A DNA stretch of 64,000 nucleotides from Nageia nagi (lineage: Eukaryota; Plantae; Pinophyta). Both the position numbers and the translations under genes were made by a program. The notes below the pieces were generated by a model, which did not search any database, was not told where the DNA came from, and saw only the letters and a program-made list of their open reading frames with translations. Positions 14,074 through 25,894 of this stretch are shown here, in pieces; within the stretch, counting starts at the first letter, position 1, and the number at the start of each line of letters is the position of its first letter. The stretch is from NCBI GenBank assembly GCA_050084985.1, contig JBITNC010000001.1:63488001-63552000 (forward strand), written 5' to 3'.

Positions 14074-15276
14074 GGGAGGAAGGAGCTATTGATGAGGATT
14101 AGGCAGAGGCATGAGGCCTTGGTGGAGAGTGAGGCGGCTAGGAGAGGTCATGACGGAGGTCATAGGGCATTTTAGCACCCCCTCCCCCTGTGTAAAGACC
14201 AAGGAGTAGATGGTGCTAACCATCATCTCCTTAAGATAGAAGCACTAATCATACCCCCCCAAATTTGAATTATTGCATACAAAAAAGAAACACAAGGAAA
14301 GGTTGAGTTGGAGTCAAGCCATGCAAAGAGGAGGGAAGCCATGATAAGAAGGGTACAAAAAAAATTTGAGAGTCACAAAAGAAAGAGGGAAGAGCTGATG
14401 ATTTCTCATGGCACTAGGCAGATGGTTGGGCCATGGGCAAGGATGGGTAGGAGAGTAGGAGCTAGACTACCCTCCCCCCCCCCCAATATTGTAATATATT
14501 ATAAAAAAGGAATATATAATATTGTATATATATAAAAGAAAACTACTCCCCATTGTACCATGTGGTCAAACAACCAAGAGATTTAAAGTATATACTATTT
14601 ACTATTTTTGAAAATAGTAAATAACCAAAAAAAAATTGGCCCCCCCTTACCCTTTTTTTGCATAAGTAAATAAAAGGTGTGTGTATGTGTGTGTGTATTG
14701 AAAAAAAATATTGCTCTTTTTCAAAAAATCAAACTTTGTAAAAAATAAACTTCATTTTTCTACAATATTTTATTTACAAAGTTATTGAGAAAATATATTA
14801 TTGACTATACATGAAGTGGAAAATATAATATGTTAACTTAAAAAAACATTGGTTGATAATATACATAAAAAGGTTAATAATGTATGACAATTATACATTA
14901 TTATATCGAATTGATTTCTTCAAACAAATGCAACTAACAAAAAATGTTAGTATATACAAATTACCTATTTTGCCTAATGTATTATTGCTTAATTACTAAT
15001 ATAAAATATTGTAATTAGAACAAAAAATGAGCAATAATATATTATGTTATTGAGGTAATATTTGCTAAGAATTGAAGTAACATAATCATACAAGAATGTT
15101 GGTATCAAAGTTAACAAAAAAAGGATAGGGAGTTATACCTCTAAGTCGTTTTACCTCAAGCAAGAAGAGTAAACCTCCAGAGATTATGAATAAGGACAAA
15201 GAACCTCCAAAAAGTTGAGGAGGATCTTCCACACCAAGGATGTGAAGAGGAGCTTCCAAGGAGCTCTGATACCAAA

Positions 15277-15778
15277 TGAAGGGATTGCAATATAACATAA
15301 GCAACCCTATACTACCAAGATCTTGTGAAAGCTCAATCTCACATCTAAATAACTTAAAGAAGACAATCTCAAAAAGATAAATCAAAATATAAAGTGGTTC
15401 CTCCAACTAGGAGTACATCCACTAATAAGATCTTACTTCATTCACAAATATGAACCTCTTACAATTCTCCTAACTCATCTCCTAAACACTATCCTATAGC
15501 ATAACTTTACTTCTCAAATTGGTGTGTAATCACAAAGAGGGAGCCTTTTATTTATAGCCCAAAATCCCTCTTTGGATCACCCTTTTATCCAATGTACAAA
15601 AGCATGACATGCACTCCCTTTTACCCAAGAGGCATGCTTATAACATGGAGTGTAGGACAAGTTACATTATCATATTCACTTGAATACTTAAGGTATCTAA
15701 TGATACCTTTAAGTATTAGTGAATTTACAAAGAGGATTATTACAAAACCTTTACATCAAGGCATTATACATTCCAACA
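15277..15778 (-). repeat. 5' LTR of outer copia element
   Basis: Direct repeat of 1782-2281; PBS adjacent. Confidence 0.93.
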
Positions 15779-16678
15779 AATTTACCATAAATATTTGAAA
15801 GAACACAAGATTAAGCATTTGTAGGCTCTAACAAAAGAAGGATCGTTGCCATAAATTTCGTTATTCCTAAATTTTTATGTGATCTACAAGCATCAAGCAA
15901 ACACATCCACACTTCCAATTCAGGTTTTATGGGCATCTTAATAATGAAGTTCAAAGCTTCCTCGAGATAGCCTACTCCTACTCGATTAACAAGGTAAACA
16001 ATGCATGTATAATGATTCATCCCAAGAGTAATACAGTAAGAGTCACCCATGCTATTAAATTATTTACAACTCTCATCTACCAAACTTGCATGGTTGCATG
16101 CAATTAGAACATATATAAAGGTTATGTTGTCAGGGTTAGTTACCAAGTGCTTCATTAGACCAAAGAGCTTAAGGGTATTGTTGTTGTAGCCATAAAATAT
16201 GCATGTATAATGATTCATCCATCAGACCTATATGGTTGCATGTAAGTAGAATACATACGAAGGTTATGATATTAGGAATAATACAGTAAGAGTCACTCAT
16301 GTTGTTAAACTATTTACAACCCTCATCTACCATACAACCCTCATCCACCATACTTGTATGTCTGCATGTAAATAGAACACATACAAAGGTTATGCTATTA
16401 AGTTTTAAGGTTGGTTACCAAGTGCTTCATCAAACCACAGAGATCAAAGGCATCCTTGTTGTAGCCATGAACTGCATATCCTTTAATCATTATAGTCCAT
16501 GAAGCTATGTTTGCAACATGCATCTTATCAAACAATTCTTGGGCCTTATCTATTCTTCCACATTTTGCATGCATGTATATCAGAGCATTCACAACCATAA
16601 CAGTTGATGAAAAACCATTTTCAACTACTCCTTGATGGATGCCTATACCTTTTTCTAGAGCTTCCATGGTGGCACATT
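15779..16678 (-). pseudogene. Fragments of a PLS-E class PPR gene (upstream part of the scrambled pseudogene)
   Basis: CATMEALEKGIGIHQGVVENGF (L), VVNALIYMHAKCGRIDKAQELFDKM (S), SWTIMIKGYAVHGY (P2), repeated ITFVCVL..C.H..(L/M)VDEG (L2), NHYTCIV...GYLEEALNFIIKMPIKP (S2), VWMCLLDACRSHKN (E1). Confidence 0.88.
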
Positions 16679-16799
16679 CATAACTATAATAAATAAATAA
16701 ATCATAAATAATATATAAATAATAATAAATAAATAATAAACTAAAATAAATCATATCTTTATTTAAAAAAAAAAAAATCAATGCTATACTAGATGTAAT

Positions 16800-17264
16800 G
16801 CAATCCTTTGAATTTGAGGTTGTACAAGATGTCACATCCAATAATATTGCACTTCAAATTGTCTATATAAGATGTTATTTTTGATGATTTTGTTGATGCA
16901 AAAAGATGCCATGGATGATGCTTTTTAAGATGCTAAATGCCTCTAAAAGTGATGTAAAAGGATGCCATACATGACACCATATTGGACTATATAATTGATA
17001 TAATAATCGATGCTAAATGATGCAATAGATAATGCTATAATAGATGCTAAGAATCTATATATTGGACATTAATATATATGTAAAGCATATGCTAAAATGG
17101 ACACTAAATGGTGTCCTTATTGATGTCAAAGGATGCTATCTGAATTTTTAGTGACAATGCCCGCTATAACATATTGATTAGCATCGTACTATGCTTAGGA
17201 AAAAAAATAAAAATAAAGGAAAATGACACTAGTTAGGATGTTATTCCCCTTTGTTGTAGTAGTG
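16800..17264. mobile_element. Probable CACTA (En/Spm) transposon terminus with subterminal repeats
   Basis: Ends in ttgttgtagtagtg (reverse complement CACTACTACAACAA), preceded by many GATGCTA/GATGCCA-type short repeats. No partner TIR seen in the window. Confidence 0.5.
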
Positions 17265-18011
17265 GTGAAGGCTACTATGATACACCCAATCAGTCTTATA
17301 GTGGCTAATCATCAACTAGAGATAGGAGAACTTTATTTTAAGTCATGAAAACTCATCTTTAGATTTTTCTAAGTTAACATTTTGATGTCTCCTTGGTTTC
17401 AAAATTACTTAGTTGTAAGAACACTCTAAAAAGGAGTAGAAAATTAGAATGTATGAGTTTATAAATGAATGTATAATTCTTTATATAATTCATTATAAGA
17501 AATAATGAATTTAGGAGAGATTGTTGTAGTGAGGATTCTTTGTATTTATAAGAGGAAGGTACATATATTTACCTATAGTTTATCTACTTTATGAAAGCTT
17601 GAACTAATGAATTCAAGGATTAGACATGCTCCATGGATGTAGCCTACATTGGGTGAACCACATTACATTATTGTCTTCTCTTTATTGTGTTGTTTTGTTT
17701 AAGTTTCTTATGTAATTGGTATGACCAAATTTTCTTATATTTTATTAAAAAATAATAGATCCTAATACTCGTTCCCCCAAAACTCCACACACTCCTTCAT
17801 GTACATCCTCTCATGCGCATGTAACTTTAGGAGGGTGCTACATTATCTCTAAGTAAGGCACCCTCCAAGCCTATAAATCTACCTTCACCCCCATAATAAA
17901 ATGGACAATAATATTAAAGTAAACTTATGCTATTAGTATTTTGGTATAAACCCTATTACCACTGTCATCACCAATCAAGGTATCTTTTTAATGCGTTGAT
18001 GATAAGAAGAG

Positions 18012-18600
18012 ATGCAAGTTAGGCCTTGTCACATATTAATTTGGTTATATGGGATTGGGTTGTACATAGTAATTTGGTTGGGGAGGTTCAATGTGGATAA
18101 TGCATACCTATTCACATTGTTGGAGAGGTGGGATGCAAACCAAGGGATATTTCATTTCTTAACAAAGGGAATGGCCATCATCTTAGAGGATATTTTCATG
18201 ATTTAAAGGATACCCATTGATGTGATAAAAGTGCAAGAAAAAAACTACTCCATGAAGAGGGTGGTGATGAGTGAGATATTTAGGGATGGGTGGGTTACAA
18301 TAGACACAATGATTAGTGGTATATTGTATGAGGACTATTATCTAAGTGATATCAACATAAGGAGTATGATATATTCCATGTTTTTATTTTATGTTATGTA
18401 TGGTTAGATTCCTTAGGTCTACACTTTTCACAGAACATAATTGGCATGATCATAGATAAGGTGGAGCATGAAGTCTTATGTGTTAGTGTAGATATACCAA
18501 GAGTTATATGCAATGGGCTGCACAAGATGGAGGAAGGTATTGAGTGTATCCCTCCTTGTGCATATTTAAGCATGGAAGTACATTATCATTAAGAGACCAT
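18012..18600 (+). pseudogene. Degenerate plant mobile domain (PMD / MAIN-like) from a transposon
   Basis: Peptide DNAYLFTLLERWDANQGIFHFLTKGMAIILEDI resembles the PMD signature D..LI.AL.ERW..ET.TFHLP.GEM.ITLEDV; broken by stops. Confidence 0.6.
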
Positions 18601-19659
18601 GTGAACTCCCATACGATATAAATGTGGTTGAGATTAAGATGATGTTGTATTATTTATGTTAGAGAACATTGAGATAAGGTCATGATAATTGAGCCCATGA
18701 GAGAAACTAAGACTCCTATATGAGGATATGGGAGGTTTCAATATTGAAAAAAATTATATGAAGGTTATGGAGAGGACTCATGTGGGAGGAGATGATAATG
18801 TTGTTAGTATATGTTATGAGGCTTAGGTGGGTAATTAGGTAAAGTCCTTAATAGGCTAAATTCTTCTAGTTTACTTGCATATCGCACTAATTTTGAATGA
18901 GGTAGGGTGTACCATATACACTAATTATTTACATGATGAGACACGAGGAGGGTAAATTACTCTCATGAGTGGATGCGAAGATGGATGAGGTGATCATAAT
19001 TCTTTATAAGGATAACATAAGAAAAATTATCAATTATGAGGAGGGATCGTGATCTAGGAGCCAAAATGCAACTTTGATTTAGAGGGAGAGAAGGAGGAAG
19101 GAGATTCTTTGAGGTAAGTATGATGGAGGTGAAAGGATGTTGGAGAACCATTAAGGTAAGTAGGAGAGATGGTGGAATAGGCCCATTAGAGGCAATATAG
19201 ATTGAGGATAGAGTGATTGATTTAGGTTTTAATGATATATTGGATATTAGCAAATTAGTATTAATAATCAAAGAACATGAGTCATAAATGGATCAAGCAT
19301 AATAATTAGAGGCAAAGTTGATGATTAAATGGGGTACGATATGATTTTTAGAAGGATCATATTCGTAAGTGGTTGCCATTTCATTATTGTAAGAGTATTT
19401 TAGGTTGTATCCATCAAGGTAAAGGGGTTGAGAAGGATTATGGGGGTGCCATGTGTAGGGAAACCAACACAAGTAGCAAAACCATTAACCTTGAGATTAC
19501 CATTTGTAAGAGGCCAATCATAAGGTTAGAGCACACTTGGAGGAACTTATCTCAAATGTAGGGAGAGTAAGTGACATTCTTCATGATGAAGATAGTGGAG
19601 GAAAGGATCCTAGGTATTACCCTAATGAGGTGACGTATGTCTATATTAGATTTTTGATA

Positions 19660-20112
19660 TTGAACTAGTTGCATGTGTAAATATGTCATACTAGTTGCAT
19701 GTGTATATGGGATTGTATGTGTTACAGAGTATTTAGTATCAAACTAGTTGCAAAGGATTTGAAATCGACTGCATGTGTAAATATGTCAAACTAGTTGCAT
19801 GAGTATATGGTGTCATACCAATTGCAAAGTATGTGGTATCAAACTAGTTGCATAGTGTATGTTGTTGAACCATTTGTAGAGTGTGTGGTGTCAAATCGGT
19901 TATAGAGTATGTGGTGTCGAATTAGTTGCAGAGTATTTGGTGTCAAATTGGTTGTAGAGTGTGTGGTGTTGAACTAATTACAAAGTATTTGATGTTGAAA
20001 TAATTGCAAATTTTGTAGTGCCAAATTGGTTGTAGAGTGCATGTTGAAAATTAGTTACAGAGTGTTTGGTATCAAAATAGTTGCATAAATGTGGCATTGA
20101 ATTGGTTGCAAA
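19660..20112. repeat. Degenerate 26-bp minisatellite (~15 copies)
   Basis: Consensus approx. GAGTATGTGGTGTCRAAYTRGTTGCA in tandem. Confidence 0.85.
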
Positions 20113-20735
20113 AAACTTTACTAAGAAAGGATTGCATATGGAATATTGATATACAAAAATACATGTATTTTTGGCTTGGGTGTTGCAACAATAGTAGGAG
20201 GAATAGCCCTCCTACACCTCCTTGCCACCCCCGTCGATATGGGTCAAAGTAAAAGAAAAATACATTGATGAACAAACTCCATAATGCAATAATTTTTATG
20301 CCTAATATTTTGCAACTTTTTGCCAATTTTTTACATCATTTTTTAAAATTTGTTTAAAATTCACCTACCAATTTATATAGCTTTTAAAATTCTTCCATCA
20401 TTTCTAATTAGGTTTCAAGTAGATTTGCTAAGATTTTATAGGTCAATTTTAGAGGAGGGATCTTAAAATTTACCATCACATATGTATAAATCTATGATGT
20501 AGCTCATGGGGGCATGATGGATAAGGTAATGTATAGATGTAAATGCATGAGACATTTGATTTACATGATTTTGACATAAGTATATATATAGAGATATGGA
20601 TGATTCCTTATTAGTTTATGTGTGTATAATATGCATGATGGATGTAAGAACTATGGATGTATAGATGCACACACAGATGATTGATGCACTTTTTGGATTT
20701 GAGTTTTTGTATTGATGTGTTATGGATTTATGTGT

Positions 20736-20768
<33 letters not shown>

Positions 20769-20782
20769 ACGTGTGTGTGTGT
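20736..20782. repeat. (TA)n and (TG)n microsatellite
   Basis: Visible dinucleotide runs. Confidence 0.85.
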
Positions 20783-22066
20783 ATTATGGATGAATGTTCA
20801 TTCATTTGTGCATATATGAATTACACATATGGATTGATATTTTTTACAAAATTTATTATATGTTTTACATTGAATCATGGGTATCATAATTTGGTTATGT
20901 GATGTTTTGACATTTGCAATAAAAATAACTTTATTTCACTTTGATTGCAATTGTGATAATATCAACATGTATCACAAACTTGTAAAGCTCCAAAGGTTAA
21001 ACCATGGTAAAATAATGGAACATAATGTGGATGGAATTACTTTTTAAACCTGAGAGTTAAGGATTATTCTTATTTCAAAAATCATGTATGAATCAATTTG
21101 CTGAAATAAGTCTAGAAGTTTTGCTAGTTTTAGGATGTTAACTTGGGCTAAGTGTTGGTAAAATCAAATAAACCATATTAAAGAGTAGGTTGCTTATGAT
21201 ACTATAGGGATCAAATGATAAAATCCACATATATTGAGTTTTCATGGAGTGATATGGTCCATGATGGGACCCATATGCAAGGAGCTTTTCATTTTTTTAT
21301 ACTTTTATTTGATTTTATTTGGTGAGGGAATCCTTCTTCCTTTTAAATGATGGAAGGAGGGGTATTTCTTTTTGGGAACTTTTTAAGATATCATACCCAT
21401 TTTATTTTTGCATTTTAGCCTTGTTAAGATCTATTTATAGGATAAAAGGTACTTTTAGCTTTTTTCTTTTTTATTCTTTTTCTTCTTGCTTCTTTTTTAT
21501 CCCTTGCACTTTCTTCCTTTTTCCCATTCTAATTTATTCATTTTTACCCCTCCATCCATCGTCCTCTTCTTTTTCTTCATTTACTCTTTTCTACAACCCT
21601 TAATTCATATTATTCTCATTATGATCTTTAATCCATGACCTTTACCAAGCAACTCATTGTCATTTTTCATCTTCATCTCTAACTCATTGAATGAGGGGGA
21701 AGATATTACCTAATAATGCTTGTCTTAAACATGAATAATATCAAACACCAAATCTTGAAATAATTATTTTATTTTTTTAAGGATCTTATATAAGAATATC
21801 ATTAACCCTCCTTTGTTGGGGTAAAAGCAAAAAGTATCCTATTAACTAATTCATTCTACTCCATATTAATTTATGGTAAATTGAGTCCATCAATCAAAAT
21901 AATCATTGTGACTCGAGGCTACATGCCCTTGATAATTTTATTTGATGAATAAATTAAATGTATAATAAACTCTATAGAATGAAAGTTTTAAAAAATCTTT
22001 CTTTTTCAAATTGGCTTATTGTGTATTATTCTTATTATAGGATAACCATAAATCTCTCCCTTAACA

Positions 22067-22497
22067 TGAAAGCTCACAATTACATCAAACAAACTCACAA
22101 AGCAATCTCACAACACAAGATGTAAGCGGTTCCTCCAACTAGGAGTACATCCACTAACTAGATCTTTACTTCAATCACAAATATAACTCTCTTACGATTC
22201 TCCTAATCTCAACTCCTACACTTCTATCCTATAGCATAACTTTACTCCACAATTGGTGTGTAATCACAAAGAGGGTGCCTTAATCCCTCTTTGAATCACC
22301 CTTTTATCCAATGTACAATAGCATGACATGCACATCCTTTTACCCAAGGGGCATGCTCATGACATGGAGTGTAGGACAAGTTACATTATCATATTCACTT
22401 AAATACTTAAGGTATCAAATGATACCCTTAAGTATTAGTGAACTTACATAGAAGATTTAATACAAACCTTTACAATAATGCATTATACATTCCAACA
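22067..22497 (-). mobile_element. Solo/truncated LTR related to the outer copia LTR family
   Basis: Aligns with 1830-2281 (ggttcctccaactaggagtacatccactaa ... cattatacattccaaca). No PPT/PBS beside it; left boundary and TSD not resolved. Confidence 0.85.
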
Positions 22498-24780
22498 CAA
22501 AATTACAATATTCTAATTTATCATCCACCATCAAACATCCTTAATCAAAGTCATGGTTAATAATCATAATCATCATGTCATTTATTTTAAATTGCATCTT
22601 ATGAAATGTAGTACATAAGTAAAATTTGTATAAACATATAAAACCTACATACTTTCCTAAATCATTAATAATTATAATTATTTTTAATAATCCCACCTTA
22701 GGCTAAACCCCTCACACACCTTAGCCTAACCCATGGTCTCCCATACGACTTTCCCTTAGGTTAGAATCTACTTAGAATTTGACCTCACACTACCTACCCA
22801 TGTAACACACTCGCCCATGCTTCTTAAATATTTATAAGAGGCTAATCCCCACTTAGCCTTGTAGTGTTAATGAGGGCTAACCATCATCCACTCCCCTAAA
22901 AGGTAACTTGTCCCCCAAAACCCCATGCACATCTTATCATGCACTGTACACCACCTTAGGAGGGTACCACATCAACTCTAAGTATGGTACCTTCAAAGCC
23001 TATAAATCAAATTCACCCCCACACTTAAATGGAAATAATGTTAAAGTAAACTTATGCTACAAAGATTATGTTAAACCTTGTTATCACTCTCATCTCTATT
23101 ATAATTAGCTTCATACTTATGATAGTCTATGTTGATTCCATGACTCCTATGTATGCTCTCATATTTTATTAATAGGATAATTTAGATTACTAACTCTCTT
23201 AAAAATTGATTAGAGCATCCATGAGATAACATTCGATAATGTTATCACATAAAATCTTAAGAAAGTCATCTAGGAGAAAATCATTCCCCTCGAGATAATT
23301 TGTAGAGATAATTTGATATGAAATGGATCATGTGAATTAAAACCAAATATAATTATAATGAGGATTTGGTGAATTATAATGCTTGGATGGTGTTAAAAGC
23401 ATTTCCTATTAGTTTTATGGAGTTTATTGTAGGTAAAATCTATCAAAATGATTCAATCATCTTTGTGAGGCTATAACTTTTTGTACATATATCCAATTGA
23501 GGTAAATGTTATACCATTTGATAGCTTTTGAAAAGATATTTCCATTAAGTATATGCATGCTTATATTTAGTGAAGATTTGGTTGTCATCTTTTGTATTAT
23601 AGTATATATTATATTTTATTGTAACTCTATGCAGTGAGTGCTAGCGCTAAATAAAAAGCCAATGCTAGGCAACTAAGGAATTATGATCTTAATTTTTAAA
23701 TTTAGCTTTTTGGGAGCCATATTATATCATATATATTTATTATTGACCAATTATTATTTATGTCTTAAGTACCAATGTTGGATTCAAAGTTGACGTTGGA
23801 TTTGACTTGGTTATGATATGACTACTACTCGATCTCTACTCGATCATGATCAACCATGACTTGATTGTGGTACATACATAGAAAAATCCAATGCTAGTGA
23901 TAGATAAGAAACATGCATTTTAAGGATAGATGAAGCATTAAAGGCATTTTTTTATATGGAAGATGAAGTTTAAAGATCATGGGGTGGTGGTGAGATTTGA
24001 ACCTAGGCCTCCATAGAGTGTACCCATTACTTCTCAAATCCCCCAACATGGGTGGGCTAAGGCATTTTGGATAATACTATTAAACCTTTTGATTTGAATA
24101 TTATATTTTTTTATAATCATACCCATTTTAAAAATAATGTTATTTTTTTAGTCTTGAATTTACACATACCTTTGTGAAGAGTGGAGGTGTATTAATACCA
24201 TTTGTAATCTCATAGTCATATAATGTACTAATTATGTGTGATTATAAATGTTACATGTTCTTGATATCACTCTTCTACTTTTGTGTACATAAATCTAAGC
24301 TTTTGTGAATCTTGAAATGTCTTTTATTATATGTAACCTATAAGATGACAACTAAAAATTTATCAACCTTTATATGGTGGGTGTCCATTGCCCTGCACAA
24401 ACTTGTAAATTCATTCAAAAAGAAGAAGTCTCCTTGATATCAATTAAACACACCAAATAACTAATAATATTCTAATGCCTTATATGGATGAATTCTATTA
24501 TGCATTACCAAATAGTAGATAAGAGTTGTAAAGCGAAAACTGTATCTAATAGTTTTTTTTAACCAAAATACCATGTGATTCCAAATGAAATGTCAAGCTT
24601 ACTTAAATATATTTTGATATGTAACAAGTGTAATAATAAAAAATACTTAAAACATTTTAATGAGATAAACAAACAATTTTTTTTTTCTTTTTAAATATGA
24701 ATGAAGGAGAACAAATTTATTATATTTTATTTTTTTAAAATGCTATAACAATTTTAAAATTATAGCTCTAGAAGAAAAGT

Positions 24781-25026
24781 AACATTCCACTATACAAGAT
24801 TAAAAATAGACGAATAAATATAATCTACTTAATCAATAATTAACAATCCTAAAAGAAAAAACATCACAATTAACAATTCTAAAAAAAAACATCACAATTA
24901 ACAATTCTAAAAAAAAACATTTCCACTGTACAAGATTAAAAATAGACAAATAAATATAATCTACTTAATCAATAATTAACAATTAAAAAAAAACATCACA
25001 ATTAACAATTCTAAAAAAAATCACAA
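24781..25026. repeat. AT-rich tandem duplication (~136 bp) with ~28-bp sub-repeats, upstream of ADSL
   Basis: ttccact(a/g)tacaagattaaaaataga at 24785 and 24921; repeated catcacaattaacaattctaaaa units. Confidence 0.85.
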
Positions 25027-25289
25027 AATTTATTAAATAATAAATAAAATAATCATTAACCAAAAAAAAACATTTAAATGATTTATATCACCCTACATCT
25101 GATTCATAAATGTAGATAAATAAATTAAAAACAAAAAAACATAAAACTAATATTAAAAAACAAAGAAAGTACGACCTAATTTTACTCCAGTAAATTCATG
25201 CATCCAGAGTACAAAAAAAAAAAATACAGAGGAAATACAATGTCGATGTATACACTTTTTACCTAAACCCCACCAGAGGTGAAGTCTTG

Positions 25290-25300
25290 TATAAACCCTA
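25290..25300 (+). promoter_or_regulatory. Candidate TATA box overlapping a telo-box-like AAACCCTA
   Basis: tataaacccta about 75 bp upstream of the proposed ATG; motif match only. Confidence 0.3.
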
Positions 25301-25369
25301 CCACCAAAATCCAATCCTAAATATATGCCCATTTAATTTAGGGGCACCACAAAGTTTTCATTGCAATTC

Positions 25370-25588
25370 ATGGCTTTTTCATTGCAATTCTTGCCCTGCA
25401 AGCCAGCCCACGCTCCTAATTTGGAAAGGCCTTTCATTGCTTTATATAACAAAAATTTATGTTGTGGAAACCCAGAACTTTCATTTGATTTATTGGGCTT
25501 AAAAACAATCAGGAGGAGGAATTTCCAAGAAGCAAGTTTAATGGTTTCTCATGCGACCTTATCAATCCCAGGCGGTTCTTCTTATAAG
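25370..25588 (+). CDS. purB: Adenylosuccinate lyase, putative exon 1 (organellar transit peptide)
   Basis: ATG GCT start, MAFSLQFLPCKPAH...SSYK, 219 nt, AAG|GTACAT donor in phase 0, matching the phase of exon 2. Assigned by position and composition, not by homology. Confidence 0.65.
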
Positions 25589-25870
25589 GTACATTTTAGT
25601 TTCATCCTTTGTTTTATTTCAATCAAATTCCAGTATATTTCTGAAAGCAAATGTTTGAAAAACCTCAACCAATTGTATGAGCAATGGTGTTTGGGCAAGG
25701 AACCCATTCTCTTTGCCCATGTGTGTATAATGATCAACTGTTGACGAGAATAAAGGAAGCCTCTAAATCTAACTGTTAATGATCTACTCAAATCTTGAAA
25801 TGTAAATGTTTTTGCTTAGAGTTTGGTCCACATTTAAGCAAACATGAATTTTCCTTGTTAACTTTGAATA

Positions 25871-25894
25871 AATAATAATAATAATAATAATAAT
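25871..25894. repeat. (AAT)n microsatellite
   Basis: About 8 AAT units. Confidence 0.85.

Larger units (their letters stand above)
1782..15778 (-). mobile_element. Ty1/copia LTR retrotransposon (outer, decayed), inserted in the E motif of the PPR pseudogene
   Basis: Paired ~500-bp LTRs (TGAAGG...CCAACA); tRNA-Met PBS complement gctctgatacca at 15263-15274; PPT complement ctccccctt at 2282-2290; gag-PR-IN-RT-RH order; degenerate TSD acttc/aattt. The flanks rejoin as PPR peptide LSNIYG|EVGRLD. Confidence 0.92.

Noticed and set aside
950-16841. Intact intron-containing PPR-DYW gene
   Set aside because: Motif order is scrambled, there are many stops, no HxE motif or DYW terminus was found, and it is interrupted by a retrotransposon.
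25361-25744. 127-aa single-exon ORF as a standalone gene
   Set aside because: Sequence after the AAG|GT donor at 25588 is T-rich and intron-like; better explained as ADSL exon 1 reading into the intron.
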